Shown here in pieces: positions 33,976 through 42,938 of a stretch of DNA of 64,000 nt. Position 1 is the stretch's first letter; the number at the start of each line of letters is the position of its first letter. Source of the DNA: Elusimicrobiota bacterium (GTDB lineage: Bacteria > Elusimicrobiota > Elusimicrobia > UBA1565 > UBA9628); assembly GCA_003151975.1 (NCBI GenBank), contig PLZD01000010.1, positions 201,261 to 265,260 on the forward strand. Direction: 5' to 3'. The position numbers were made by a program, and so were the translations under genes. Below the pieces are notes generated by a model. It was not told the origin of the DNA, searched no databases, and saw only the letters and a program-made list of their open reading frames with translations.

Positions 33976-35443
33976 CACATCTGTCGGCACGGCAAAAATC
34001 AGAACCCGTTTCGCCCCTTCCCCTACCGGTTATCTTCATATTGGTGGGGCCCGCACGACTCTGTTCAATTGGCTTTTCGCGCGCCATCACGGCGGGCAGT
34101 TCATCCTACGCATCGAGGACACCGACGAGGTGCGCTCGACCGAGGACTCCGTCCAGGCGATCTTGGACTCCGTGGCTTGGCTCGGGCTCGACTGGGACGA
34201 GGGTCCGCTCACCATGACCTCGGAGAAAGGCCCGCATCAATCTTATTATCAGATGAAGCGCGTCGACATCTACAAGAAGTACATCGGCGAGCTTCTGAAG
34301 GAAGGCAACGCCTATCCGTGCTACTGCACCAAGGATGAGATCGAAGCCATGCGGCGCCTGGCGCAGCTCGAGAAGCGCCCTCCCAAGTACGAGGGACGCT
34401 GCCGCAACCTGACCGACGCTCAGCGCAAGCAGAACGACGCGGGCGGCAAGCCGTTCTCGATTCGCTTCCGCATGCCCGAGGAAGGCACCACGATCGTCGA
34501 CGATCTGATTCGCGGCAAGGTGGAGTTTGAGAACAAGCTTCAGCAGGACCTCGTGATCCAGAAGACCACGGGCGGACCGACCTACAACTTCGCCTGCGTC
34601 GTCGACGACCATCTGATGGAAATGAGCCACGTCATCCGCGGCGACGAGCACCTCTCCAATACGCCCTCCCAGATTCAGATGTACAAGGCTCTAGGATGGG
34701 AAACGCCGCAGTTCGCACACTTGTCAATGATTATGGGCCCTGATGGCACCAAGTTGTCGAAACGGCATGGTGCAACTTCAGTTTTGGATTATAAAGTTAA
34801 AGGCTATCTGCCAGAAGCTATGCGAAACTATCTCGCGCTCTTGGGATGGGCTACGACGGATTCTCAACAATTGTTCTCAGGTGAAGAGTTGATATCAAAG
34901 TTTGATCTCGCCGGGTGCCAGAAGAGCCCTGCGACTTTCGATACTGTTAAACTCGACTGGATGAATGGGGAGTATATTCGGAAGACTCCGATCTCGAATC
35001 TGATTCAACTTGCGCAGCCTTTCATTGAAGGGGCGGGGCTTAAGGTGAATGGGGGACCGTCGCTAGAGAAGACGATTGCTCTTGAACATGAAAAATTCAA
35101 GCTTTTGTCCGAAATTCCTACGCTAATTGAATTCTTCTACAAACAAGTGGAATTCAATCCTAAAGCAATGGAAAAGGTTCTTAAGGCTCCAGGCGCCAAG
35201 GAAGTTCTCCTTGGACTTGCGGGTGAGCTCAAAGAATTCTCGCCGTTTGAGGACAAGAAACTCGAAGAGAGAATTAGGAAGTTCTGTGTCGATCGTGGCC
35301 TTAAACCAGGGCAGGTTTTCCATCCCCTTCGAGTCGCGTGCACCGGCCGTACCGAGGGTCCGACCCTATTCTTAATGTTGGAAATTATGGGGCGGGAAAA
35401 GGTGATTGATCGTCTCAACGAAGCTGCTGCGCTCCTTCAGTAG
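33968..35443 (+). CDS. gltX: Glutamate--tRNA ligase
   Basis: RTRFAPSPTGYLHIGG, CYCT, HVIRGDEH and KLSKRHG motifs. Confidence 0.97.
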   Translation: MGNTSVGTAKIRTRFAPSPTGYLHIGGARTTLFNWLFARHHGGQFILRIEDTDEVRSTEDSVQAILDSVAWLGLDWDEGPLTMTSEKGPHQSYYQMKRVDIYKKYIGELLKEGNAYPCYCTKDEIEAMRRLAQLEKRPPKYEGRCRNLTDAQRKQNDAGGKPFSIRFRMPEEGTTIVDDLIRGKVEFENKLQQDLVIQKTTGGPTYNFACVVDDHLMEMSHVIRGDEHLSNTPSQIQMYKALGWETPQFAHLSMIMGPDGTKLSKRHGATSVLDYKVKGYLPEAMRNYLALLGWATTDSQQLFSGEELISKFDLAGCQKSPATFDTVKLDWMNGEYIRKTPISNLIQLAQPFIEGAGLKVNGGPSLEKTIALEHEKFKLLSEIPTLIEFFYKQVEFNPKAMEKVLKAPGAKEVLLGLAGELKEFSPFEDKKLEERIRKFCVDRGLKPGQVFHPLRVACTGRTEGPTLFLMLEIMGREKVIDRLNEAAALLQ

Positions 35444-35456
35444 AACCCTTCTGCCG

Positions 35457-36341
35457 ATGGCAAACCCGAATCTTATCGACCTCCCGTGGCTTACAAGTGA
35501 GGGTGCAGCGAATGCACTGCTCACCTGTTTGCAGAAAGCGTTGCAATTGCCAGGGGACACGATCCTTAACGCGTCTGACGTTAAATGGATTTCGCCCTTC
35601 GGAACAATCCTGCTTGCAGACTTCTCCCTGAAAAGAATTCGGGCGGGTCACTCTGTTTCTATTCAAATGCCGAAACATCGGGAAACCGCAGAGTACATTA
35701 GGACGAGCGGGTTGTTAAAACTCACGGAATCGAGCAACCTCTCAAATGCCGTAACCCCTGATACTTTGGAACTTCGCCTTCTTAAGCGTATGGAGGGCAA
35801 TGTTCCGCAGTTGGTCGCGGACTTTGTCGCTACACAGGCAATCAACGTTGGCGAAGATGAGCGGTACCTTCTTCGAATTTGGATTACTGAATTGCTTACG
35901 AATGCGAATGATCATGCCAACTCGGAGTCTGGCTTTTGGATTTGCGCGCGCTATACTCCTAGCCGTCGAGATATCCGTATCTGTGTGGCGGATGCGGGGA
36001 TCGGGATTCGAACTTCACTCGTCAAATCTGGGAAGTATGGCCACGCGATGACTGACTCCCAAGCCCTCGAAAAAGCATTGCAAGAAGGCGTCACGTCGCG
36101 GCCGGGTCACACTGGTGGCCTCGGACTAAAGCAAATTGTCGCGTATGTCAAAGCGCATGGAGGTTCCCTTTCCATGTTTTCGGGAAAATCGCGAATCAAA
36201 GTGAGGCGCAAACAGAAGAACGCGATATCAGCACTCCCTGTTGATTATCTCGGGACAATCGTAACAGCAGCGTTCGATCCACAGACCATGGCTACCCTAG
36301 AAGTGGAATCTGGAGAAGAGTCGCCATTCAACTTCGAATAA
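35457..36341 (+). CDS. STAS-like plus HATPase_c ATP-binding protein (anti-sigma kinase-like)
   Basis: ELLTNANDHA, ADAGIGI and GVTSR...GGLGL GHKL boxes; low GC. Confidence 0.85.
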   Translation: MANPNLIDLPWLTSEGAANALLTCLQKALQLPGDTILNASDVKWISPFGTILLADFSLKRIRAGHSVSIQMPKHRETAEYIRTSGLLKLTESSNLSNAVTPDTLELRLLKRMEGNVPQLVADFVATQAINVGEDERYLLRIWITELLTNANDHANSESGFWICARYTPSRRDIRICVADAGIGIRTSLVKSGKYGHAMTDSQALEKALQEGVTSRPGHTGGLGLKQIVAYVKAHGGSLSMFSGKSRIKVRRKQKNAISALPVDYLGTIVTAAFDPQTMATLEVESGEESPFNFE

Positions 36342-36345
36342 CATC

Positions 36346-36735
36346 ATGGCACATGTGACTCTCATGGTCGGTGAAATTTGCGGAGATCGGATTTATACCC
36401 GAGAGGATGGGAAGCCGTTGTTTGAGAAAATCGCCACGGCGCTTAAGGCTGGAGATACTGTCACTGTTGATTTTGGTGGACGAGAAATAGCCTCGGAGTC
36501 ATTCTTGGACGAGGCGTTGGTTGAGCACTATCTCCATCCGATTTCTCCATTGGTGCCCAAAGGCATTGCTCTCAAGAATGTGGCGCGACCGGACCAATCT
36601 CTCTTAAAGAGAATTTTCGAATACCGCAAGCGCTTGGAGCAAAAACAAAAGCGAAAGGAAGAACGCGATGGTAAGAAAGCCGCAGCAAGTGCGCGTAAGG
36701 ACTTTACTCCAATCGCTGAGGACAAGCCGTCCTGA
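36346..36735 (+). CDS. STAS-like DUF4325-type protein
   Basis: TREDG...VTVDFGG...SESFLDEA motif. Confidence 0.8.
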   Translation: MAHVTLMVGEICGDRIYTREDGKPLFEKIATALKAGDTVTVDFGGREIASESFLDEALVEHYLHPISPLVPKGIALKNVARPDQSLLKRIFEYRKRLEQKQKRKEERDGKKAAASARKDFTPIAEDKPS

Positions 36736-36837
36736 CGGTCTCAACTAATCCTCAAATTTCCCCCTAGGCCTTTTTGGGCCTTGCGGATTTTTCGGAACTG
36801 ATATAACATGAGGCTTACGATCTTAAGGGGCTCTAAC

Positions 36838-37335
36838 ATGAAAAAGAAAACCGCCGTCGCCAAGAAGACTTCCGCCCGCAAGCATCCCTCCGTCGGTAAA
36901 GCCGTCCCGGCGTCGAAGCTCGGCGCGGTGCGCAAAGAGCTCTTAGCCATGCGCGACGACTTGATGAAGACCGTGCGCAAGCAGCAGCTTTCCGAGAGCG
37001 CCAGCCAAGACACCGGCGACTCGGTCGACGAGGCCAGCCGCTCAATCGAGAAGGAACTTCTGTTCGAGCTTTCCGACAACGAGCGCGTGACCTTGGACCA
37101 GATCGAGGCGGCGCTGCGTAAGATCGACAAGGGGACCTACGGCCTTTGCGAGTCCTGCCAAACCTCGATCGCCAAGGCGCGGCTCAACGCCTTGCCCTTC
37201 GCGCGCTACTGCATCGAGTGCCAGAGCACGTCGGAGTCGGCGCCCGATCTCGTGGAGGCGCCGGCGGAATTCCGGGGCTTCGGCGGCGGCGGCAACGCCG
37301 AAGAGGGCGGCACCGGCGGCGGCTTCGAGCGCTAG
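36838..37335 (+). CDS. dksA: DksA/TraR C4-type zinc finger transcription factor
   Basis: DSVDEA coiled-coil tip; GTYGLCESC...RLNALPFARYCIEC zinc finger. Confidence 0.88.
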   Translation: MKKKTAVAKKTSARKHPSVGKAVPASKLGAVRKELLAMRDDLMKTVRKQQLSESASQDTGDSVDEASRSIEKELLFELSDNERVTLDQIEAALRKIDKGTYGLCESCQTSIAKARLNALPFARYCIECQSTSESAPDLVEAPAEFRGFGGGGNAEEGGTGGGFER

Positions 37336-38726
37336 GCTTTAGCCGCGTCTTTCTCGGCTTCCCAGGCCGAGATTCCGCCCAGCAGGTCCGCGAGTTGTTT
37401 TCTTCCCGCGCGTTCGAGCACGCTTGCCGCCACCATGGAGCGGTAGCCGCTCGCGCAGTGGATGATCAAGCGCCCTGACATCGGGACTTCCTTGACGCGT
37501 CGCTCGAGTTGGTTGAGCGCGATGTGCATCGAGCCGGGAATTTTGAGCGCCTTGCGCTCGGCGTCGTTGCGCACGTCGAGCACGAGCGGCGGCTTGGTCA
37601 GCCCGAGCTCTTCGTTGAGCCGGCCGGCGTCGACGCGCTCGACCTCGGCCACGAGATCGGGACTCTTTTTTAGAGCCTCCATGCCGCCTTTCAAGAAGCC
37701 CGCAACCTGGTCGAAACCTATGCGGCCGAGCCGCAGCATGGCCTCTTGCTCGTGGCCGTGCTCCGCCACGATGATCAGAGGCTTGCGCCGGTCGAGCATG
37801 ATGCCCGCCCAGCTCGCGAAGCGCCCGCCGAGACCGATGTTGAGGCTGCCCCGCAGGTGTGCGCCGGCGTACTCGCCCGGATCGCGCACGTCGAGGACGA
37901 CGGCGCCCGAGTGTTGGAGCTTAAGCGCCTGCGCAAGACTCAGGGCCTTGAGGCTTTTCTTGAGCGACTTCGGCAGGGTCTGCCGCATCTCGCGATTGAG
38001 CTTCGCGTCATAGGCGAAATAGGCGGGCGCCTCGGGCTGGTCGGCGGTCACGAGCTTGACGAACTCGTTGCGGTTCATGGGCTTCAAGGCGTAGTTGTGC
38101 CGCCGCTGTTCTCCGATCGTCGAGACCGTCTCGGAGCTCATGTTTTTTCCGCACATCGAGCCCGCGCCGTGGGCCGGGTAGACGAGCGTTGCGTCGGGCA
38201 GGGCCAGGATTTTCTTGTGCAGCGAGTCGTAGAGCGAGCTCGCGAGCTGTTTGGCCGTGACGCCGACGGAGGCCATGAGGTCCGGGCGCCCGACGTCGCC
38301 GATGAAGAGCGTGTCGCCGGTGAAGACCGCGCGCGGCGCGGCCGGGTTCTTCTTCAAATCGTAGGCCAGGATGCAGACGCCCTCAGGCGTGTGGCCCGGC
38401 GTCGCGAGGAACTTGAGGCGAGTGTCGCCGAATTCGAGCGCGCCGCCGTCGGTCATGGGCTCGAACGGGTAATCGGCCTTTCCCTTCGCGCCGATGTGGA
38501 TCGTGGCGTTGCAAAGCTCCTTGAGCTCGATGTGCCCCGCGATGAAATCGGCGTGGAAGTGCGTCAGAAGGACGTGCCGGATCGTCCAGCCCTTGCGCTT
38601 GGCCTCGGCCAGGTACGCCTCGACGTCGCGCTGGGGATCGATCACGACGGCGGTCTTGCTCTTGTCGTCGCCGATCAGGTACGAGGCATGGGAGAGGCAC
38701 GCCAGGTAGAATTGCTTTATTTTCAT
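37332..38726 (-). CDS. MBL-fold persulfide dioxygenase-like protein with two rhodanese domains
   Basis: THFHADF, TPGHTPE, GDTLF.GDVGRPDL and HCASGYRS motifs. Confidence 0.93.
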   Translation of the reverse strand: MKIKQFYLACLSHASYLIGDDKSKTAVVIDPQRDVEAYLAEAKRKGWTIRHVLLTHFHADFIAGHIELKELCNATIHIGAKGKADYPFEPMTDGGALEFGDTRLKFLATPGHTPEGVCILAYDLKKNPAAPRAVFTGDTLFIGDVGRPDLMASVGVTAKQLASSLYDSLHKKILALPDATLVYPAHGAGSMCGKNMSSETVSTIGEQRRHNYALKPMNRNEFVKLVTADQPEAPAYFAYDAKLNREMRQTLPKSLKKSLKALSLAQALKLQHSGAVVLDVRDPGEYAGAHLRGSLNIGLGGRFASWAGIMLDRRKPLIIVAEHGHEQEAMLRLGRIGFDQVAGFLKGGMEALKKSPDLVAEVERVDAGRLNEELGLTKPPLVLDVRNDAERKALKIPGSMHIALNQLERRVKEVPMSGRLIIHCASGYRSMVAASVLERAGRKQLADLLGGISAWEAEKDAAKA

Positions 38727-38805
38727 TCGAGTTTCCTCGAGCTAAATTAGCATTTTGACGCCTTGAAAACGTAACAACGGGACGATACACTGTCGGGACC
38801 AGAGC

Positions 38806-41076
38806 ATGCGGTACTACATTTATAAGGATAGCGAGGTCGCGGGCCCATTCACGCCCGAGGAGCTCGACGCCTCCGGCGGCGTCGCGCCGGACTCTTTGGT
38901 TTGCCCCGAGGCGTCGTCGGGCCGCTACGACAACGACTGGCTGGCCGCAGGCCAGGTCTCCGAGCTTTCCTCCGTGCGCCGCAGCCTTTTCACGGCGACG
39001 GCGACTCTCGACGAGCCGCTGGCCGGCGAGTCTGGCGTGTTCGAGCGTCTCGAGCTCGACACGGCCGGCCTTCCCGGCGTCTCTGGGGAAGGGGACGGCT
39101 GGCTTGCCGATCTCATGGACGACGCGCAGTTTCGCAGCAGGTGGGGCGAGCTTTTGCCCAAGCCCTCCGAGGACGCCGAGGAGCTGGCGCAGGCGAAGAT
39201 CTCGAATCTGACGAGCCAGCTCGAGGCGCTCAAGTCGCGCATCTCGGAGCTCGAGATCTATAAATCGGCTCGGTCGATGACGGGCCCCGCGCCTTCTTTC
39301 GAAGCGCCGCCGCCGTCAAAAAAGCCTCCCTTGCCCGTCGGAGCGCCTTTCGCTCCCGCTCCCGCGCTCTCGTCGGCGCCGCCTCCGTTGGAGACGATTC
39401 CGTCGGCGATCGCGCCGGAGCTTCCGCCCGACCTGCCTTCCGTGAAGATCGCGGCGGCGCCCGCGCAGCCCTCGACGCCCGCGGCTCCCGCGGGACCGCA
39501 TACCGATTTCGAGAAAAAAGGAGAAAAGTTTACTTTCAAGGGAGTCGCCAAGGGCCCAGCGCCCGGCGCCGGGCCGAAGATCAGGTTCGCGCCGTCGAAG
39601 GAATTCCGCGTCGTGGAAAAAGAGCCTCACCCGGCCGAGCTTCCGATCCCGACGGCTCCCGCGCCCTCTCAGGCGCAGGGTTCGGCCCCGGTCTACGAAT
39701 GGAACGCGCCCCCGCAGGGCTCCGCGCCCGGCGGGCTTCCCGCCGCGGGCTCTGCGCCCATGCCGGCGCTCCCGACGTCGCCCGCGACGGGGCCGTCGCT
39801 GCCTTCGGCTCCGCCGGCCTCCGGGGCTCCTCCGCCGTTGCCGGCTTTCGGGACTCCGACGGCGATGCCTTCCTTCGGGGCTCCCTCGGCGCTGCCGTCT
39901 GCCCCGGGTCCGCTGACGTCGCCGCCTTCGCTGGCCACCCAACCGCCCCAGACGCCTGCCGCGGCCGGTATTGGACTCGAAGCGCCGTCTTTAGCGCCGC
40001 CGTCGTTGACCGCGCCACCGCCTTCGTTCAATCCTTTGGGCTTCGGGGCGCCTCCGATGACGGCGCCCCCGATGACCGCGCCGCCCGCGGCTTCGGCTCC
40101 TTCGCCCTTCAATCCGCCCGCCACTTTCAGCGGAGGGCCCGTCGCGCCGCCGATGACCATGATGTTCGGGGCGCCGATGGGAGCGCCAGCGGGCGGCCTC
40201 GGCGGCGTGCCTCCGCTCGAGGCTCCCCCCGTCCCGCAGATGCCCGGCTTCGGGGCGATGACGCCCTCGAGGGCGAATGCCGGCGCCATCACGCCGTCGG
40301 GTCCGGCCACCGACGACGTCATCGCGCGCCTGGCTAAGCCCGCAGCACCGCCTGCCACCGACAAGAAGCCGGAGCGCAAGAAATCGCGCGCGATGCTGAT
40401 CGTCGGCGTCGTCGGTCTGCTGGCGCTTTTCGTCTTGATTTTCTTCTTTCTGCGCGATCGGCAGGGCTTGAAGAAAATGATCCCCGAGGGAGCCGCGCAG
40501 AAGCCCTTCGGCGGAATTCCAGACGAGGAGCCGAAAATTCCCGCGCCCGCGCCCGCTCCCAAGCCCGCGCCGACGACTCCGGCTCCGGCGCCCGACAAGA
40601 TTCCCGACGCGGGCGAGGCCGCGGTCACTCTGGTCAAGAACTATCCGCTCGCCGGCAACCGCGGCACGGTCGGCCAGTGGCTGACCTACTCGTACAACCA
40701 AGATGGAGCCAGCAAGGAGGATTGGAACCCTGGCGCCCTCGACGCCACGACCTACTTGGTCGAGTACAAGGTCCTGCCGGGGCCCTCCAGCAAGAGCAAA
40801 GAGGTCATCTCTTATCTTTTCGAGGCCGACACGGGCCGGCAGATCATCCAGGGCAAGAACCCGGCCGCCAAATCCCTGCTCGGCGGCGGCGAGACAGTAG
40901 CGCCAAAGCCCAAGAAAGCCGCCAAACCAGTCTATAAGAAGAAAGTCAGGAAGCCCAAAGCGGCCGCCGCGCCGTCCCAGTCCAAGAAAGTCGATCTTTT
41001 GCCGCTGCCTTCCGACGCGGAGCTGGCTCCCCCTGCTGACGACAGTAATTCCTTTAAATCCGACACCGTGGAGTAG
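38806..41076 (+). CDS. GYF_2-like N-terminal domain, Pro-rich linker, single TM and periplasmic domain
   Basis: RYYIY...GPFTPEEL...SLVCPE...DW motif; long Pro/Ala-rich region; TM MLIVGVVGLLALFVLIFFFL. Confidence 0.75.
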   Translation: MRYYIYKDSEVAGPFTPEELDASGGVAPDSLVCPEASSGRYDNDWLAAGQVSELSSVRRSLFTATATLDEPLAGESGVFERLELDTAGLPGVSGEGDGWLADLMDDAQFRSRWGELLPKPSEDAEELAQAKISNLTSQLEALKSRISELEIYKSARSMTGPAPSFEAPPPSKKPPLPVGAPFAPAPALSSAPPPLETIPSAIAPELPPDLPSVKIAAAPAQPSTPAAPAGPHTDFEKKGEKFTFKGVAKGPAPGAGPKIRFAPSKEFRVVEKEPHPAELPIPTAPAPSQAQGSAPVYEWNAPPQGSAPGGLPAAGSAPMPALPTSPATGPSLPSAPPASGAPPPLPAFGTPTAMPSFGAPSALPSAPGPLTSPPSLATQPPQTPAAAGIGLEAPSLAPPSLTAPPPSFNPLGFGAPPMTAPPMTAPPAASAPSPFNPPATFSGGPVAPPMTMMFGAPMGAPAGGLGGVPPLEAPPVPQMPGFGAMTPSRANAGAITPSGPATDDVIARLAKPAAPPATDKKPERKKSRAMLIVGVVGLLALFVLIFFFLRDRQGLKKMIPEGAAQKPFGGIPDEEPKIPAPAPAPKPAPTTPAPAPDKIPDAGEAAVTLVKNYPLAGNRGTVGQWLTYSYNQDGASKEDWNPGALDATTYLVEYKVLPGPSSKSKEVISYLFEADTGRQIIQGKNPAAKSLLGGGETVAPKPKKAAKPVYKKKVRKPKAAAAPSQSKKVDLLPLPSDAELAPPADDSNSFKSDTVE

Positions 41077-41103
41077 CCTCTAAAGGAAGGGACCGCTCCG
41101 GCA

Positions 41104-41132
41104 TTGACAAACCGCGGTTTGGAGGTTACTCT
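41104..41132 (+). promoter_or_regulatory. Sigma70 promoter of pilB-pilT-pilC (TTGACA-17-TACTCT) overlapping palindrome AAACCGCGGTTT
   Basis: Read directly; palindrome at 41109-41120. Confidence 0.6.
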
Positions 41133-41144
41133 TCTAATTAAGGA

Positions 41145-42923
41145 ATGGCAAACACAGAGCAGCACGTCATCTCGATAGGCCTGCCCCGCCGGCTGGCCGA
41201 CTTGATGGTGGCGGAAAAATTGATCACGCAAGCCCAGCTTGACGAGGCCCTGGAATCCCAGCGCCAGCGAAACGAGAAGCTGGGCACGCTTCTCGTTGAA
41301 AAGGGCTTCCTTAAGGAAGAGGTCCTGCTCGAGTTCATGAGCGCGCAGTGCGGGATCAGCTACGTCTCGCTCGCGAACATGCCCGAGATCCCCGAGGACG
41401 CCATCCAAGCCGTCCCCGAAGCCATCGCCCGCCAGCACATGCTCATTCCGTGCAACCGCACCAAGGACCGGATCACCATCGCGCTCGCCGATCCGCTTAA
41501 CGTGCTCATACTCGACGATTTGAAGATGATGACGGGCTGCGACGTTAAAGCCGTGCTCGCCTCCGAGGCCGAGATTTCCGCGGCGCACGACAAGTACTAT
41601 AAGTCGGCGACCTCCCAGGAGGTCCTCGACGACATCGTCCGCCAGTCGAATTTGTCGGCGGAGGAATCCGAGGGCATCGAGAACGTCGAGGAAAAGGATG
41701 AGGATGCCGACGTCAGCGGCCTCGAGAAATCGGCCGAGGAGGCGCCGGTCATCAAGATGGTCAACCTGATGATGGCCGGCGCGGTCAAGGCACGGGCTTC
41801 CGACATCCATATCGAGGCTTTCCCAAAAGAGCTCCGGGTGCGCTACCGCATCGACGGCGTGCTCCACGAGCAGCCCGCGCCTCCGAAGAAGTTCCACCCC
41901 GCGATCTGCACGCGCATCAAGATCATGTCGAACCTCAACATCGCCGAGCGCCGCATCCCGCAGGACGGGCGCTTGAAGCTCAAGATCGAGGGCAAAGAGA
42001 TCGACATGCGCGTCTCGGTCCTGCCCTGCGCGCCCGGCGAGAAGATCGTCATGCGCATACTCGATTCCTCGGGGCTGAAGGTGCAAATGTCGCAGTTGGG
42101 CTTCGAGCCCGAGGCGTTGTCCGTCTTCAAGAAGTGCATGGAATCGCCCTACGGCATCAACCTCGTGACCGGGCCGACGGGTTCCGGAAAATCGACGACG
42201 CTTTACTCCGCCCTGGCCAATCTCAACACGCCGGACACCAACATCATCACCGCAGAGGATCCCGTCGAGTACCAGCTTCACGGCATCAACCAAGTGCAGA
42301 TCAACACGCAGGTCGGCCTGACCTTCGCCGCCGCCCTGCGCTCCTTCCTGCGTCAGGACCCCGACGTGATCATGGTCGGTGAGATCCGCGACCTCGAGAC
42401 GGCGTCGATTGCCATCAACGCGGCCCTGACCGGCCACTTGGTCTTCTCGACGCTGCACACCAACGACGCTCCCGGCACGATCACGCGCCTCGGCATGATG
42501 GGTGTCGAACCCTTCTTGATTTCCGCCTCGATGTTGATGATTGAGGCCCAGCGCCTCGTGCGCGGCATTTGCACGAAGTGCAAGGAGAGCTACGAGGTGG
42601 ACCTCGGCTGGCTCGTCAAGTTGGGCGTGCCCGAGCAGCAGTTGCAGGCGGAGAAGGGCAAGGTCGTCCTGCACCGCGGCAAAGGCTGCGACAACTGCGC
42701 CAAGACCGGCTACCGGGGCCGCCAGGGGCTCTACGAGGTCCTCGAGGTCACCGACGCGATGCGCGCGGCCATCCTCGACAAAGTGCCCTCGCGCGAGCTC
42801 AAGATCCTCGCGATAAAGCAAGGCATGATCACCCTGCGCGCCTGCGCGATCCGCAAGCTTTTAGCCGGCGCGACGACGGTCGAGGAAATGATCCGCGTCA
42901 CCGCTTCCGACGTAGACACCTGA
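41145..42923 (+). CDS. pilB: Type IV pilus assembly ATPase PilB with MshEN-type N-terminus
   Basis: ASDIHIE, GPTGSGKSTTLY, RQDPDVIMVGEIRD and tetra-Cys motif. Confidence 0.93.
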   Translation: MANTEQHVISIGLPRRLADLMVAEKLITQAQLDEALESQRQRNEKLGTLLVEKGFLKEEVLLEFMSAQCGISYVSLANMPEIPEDAIQAVPEAIARQHMLIPCNRTKDRITIALADPLNVLILDDLKMMTGCDVKAVLASEAEISAAHDKYYKSATSQEVLDDIVRQSNLSAEESEGIENVEEKDEDADVSGLEKSAEEAPVIKMVNLMMAGAVKARASDIHIEAFPKELRVRYRIDGVLHEQPAPPKKFHPAICTRIKIMSNLNIAERRIPQDGRLKLKIEGKEIDMRVSVLPCAPGEKIVMRILDSSGLKVQMSQLGFEPEALSVFKKCMESPYGINLVTGPTGSGKSTTLYSALANLNTPDTNIITAEDPVEYQLHGINQVQINTQVGLTFAAALRSFLRQDPDVIMVGEIRDLETASIAINAALTGHLVFSTLHTNDAPGTITRLGMMGVEPFLISASMLMIEAQRLVRGICTKCKESYEVDLGWLVKLGVPEQQLQAEKGKVVLHRGKGCDNCAKTGYRGRQGLYEVLEVTDAMRAAILDKVPSRELKILAIKQGMITLRACAIRKLLAGATTVEEMIRVTASDVDT

Positions 42924-42938
42924 GCAAAAGGAAAAATT

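Noticed and set aside
32179..36813. CATGAGG at both edges of the AT-rich region as a target-site duplication
   Set aside because: Only 7 bp, the interval contains essential gltX, and there is no recombinase; probably chance
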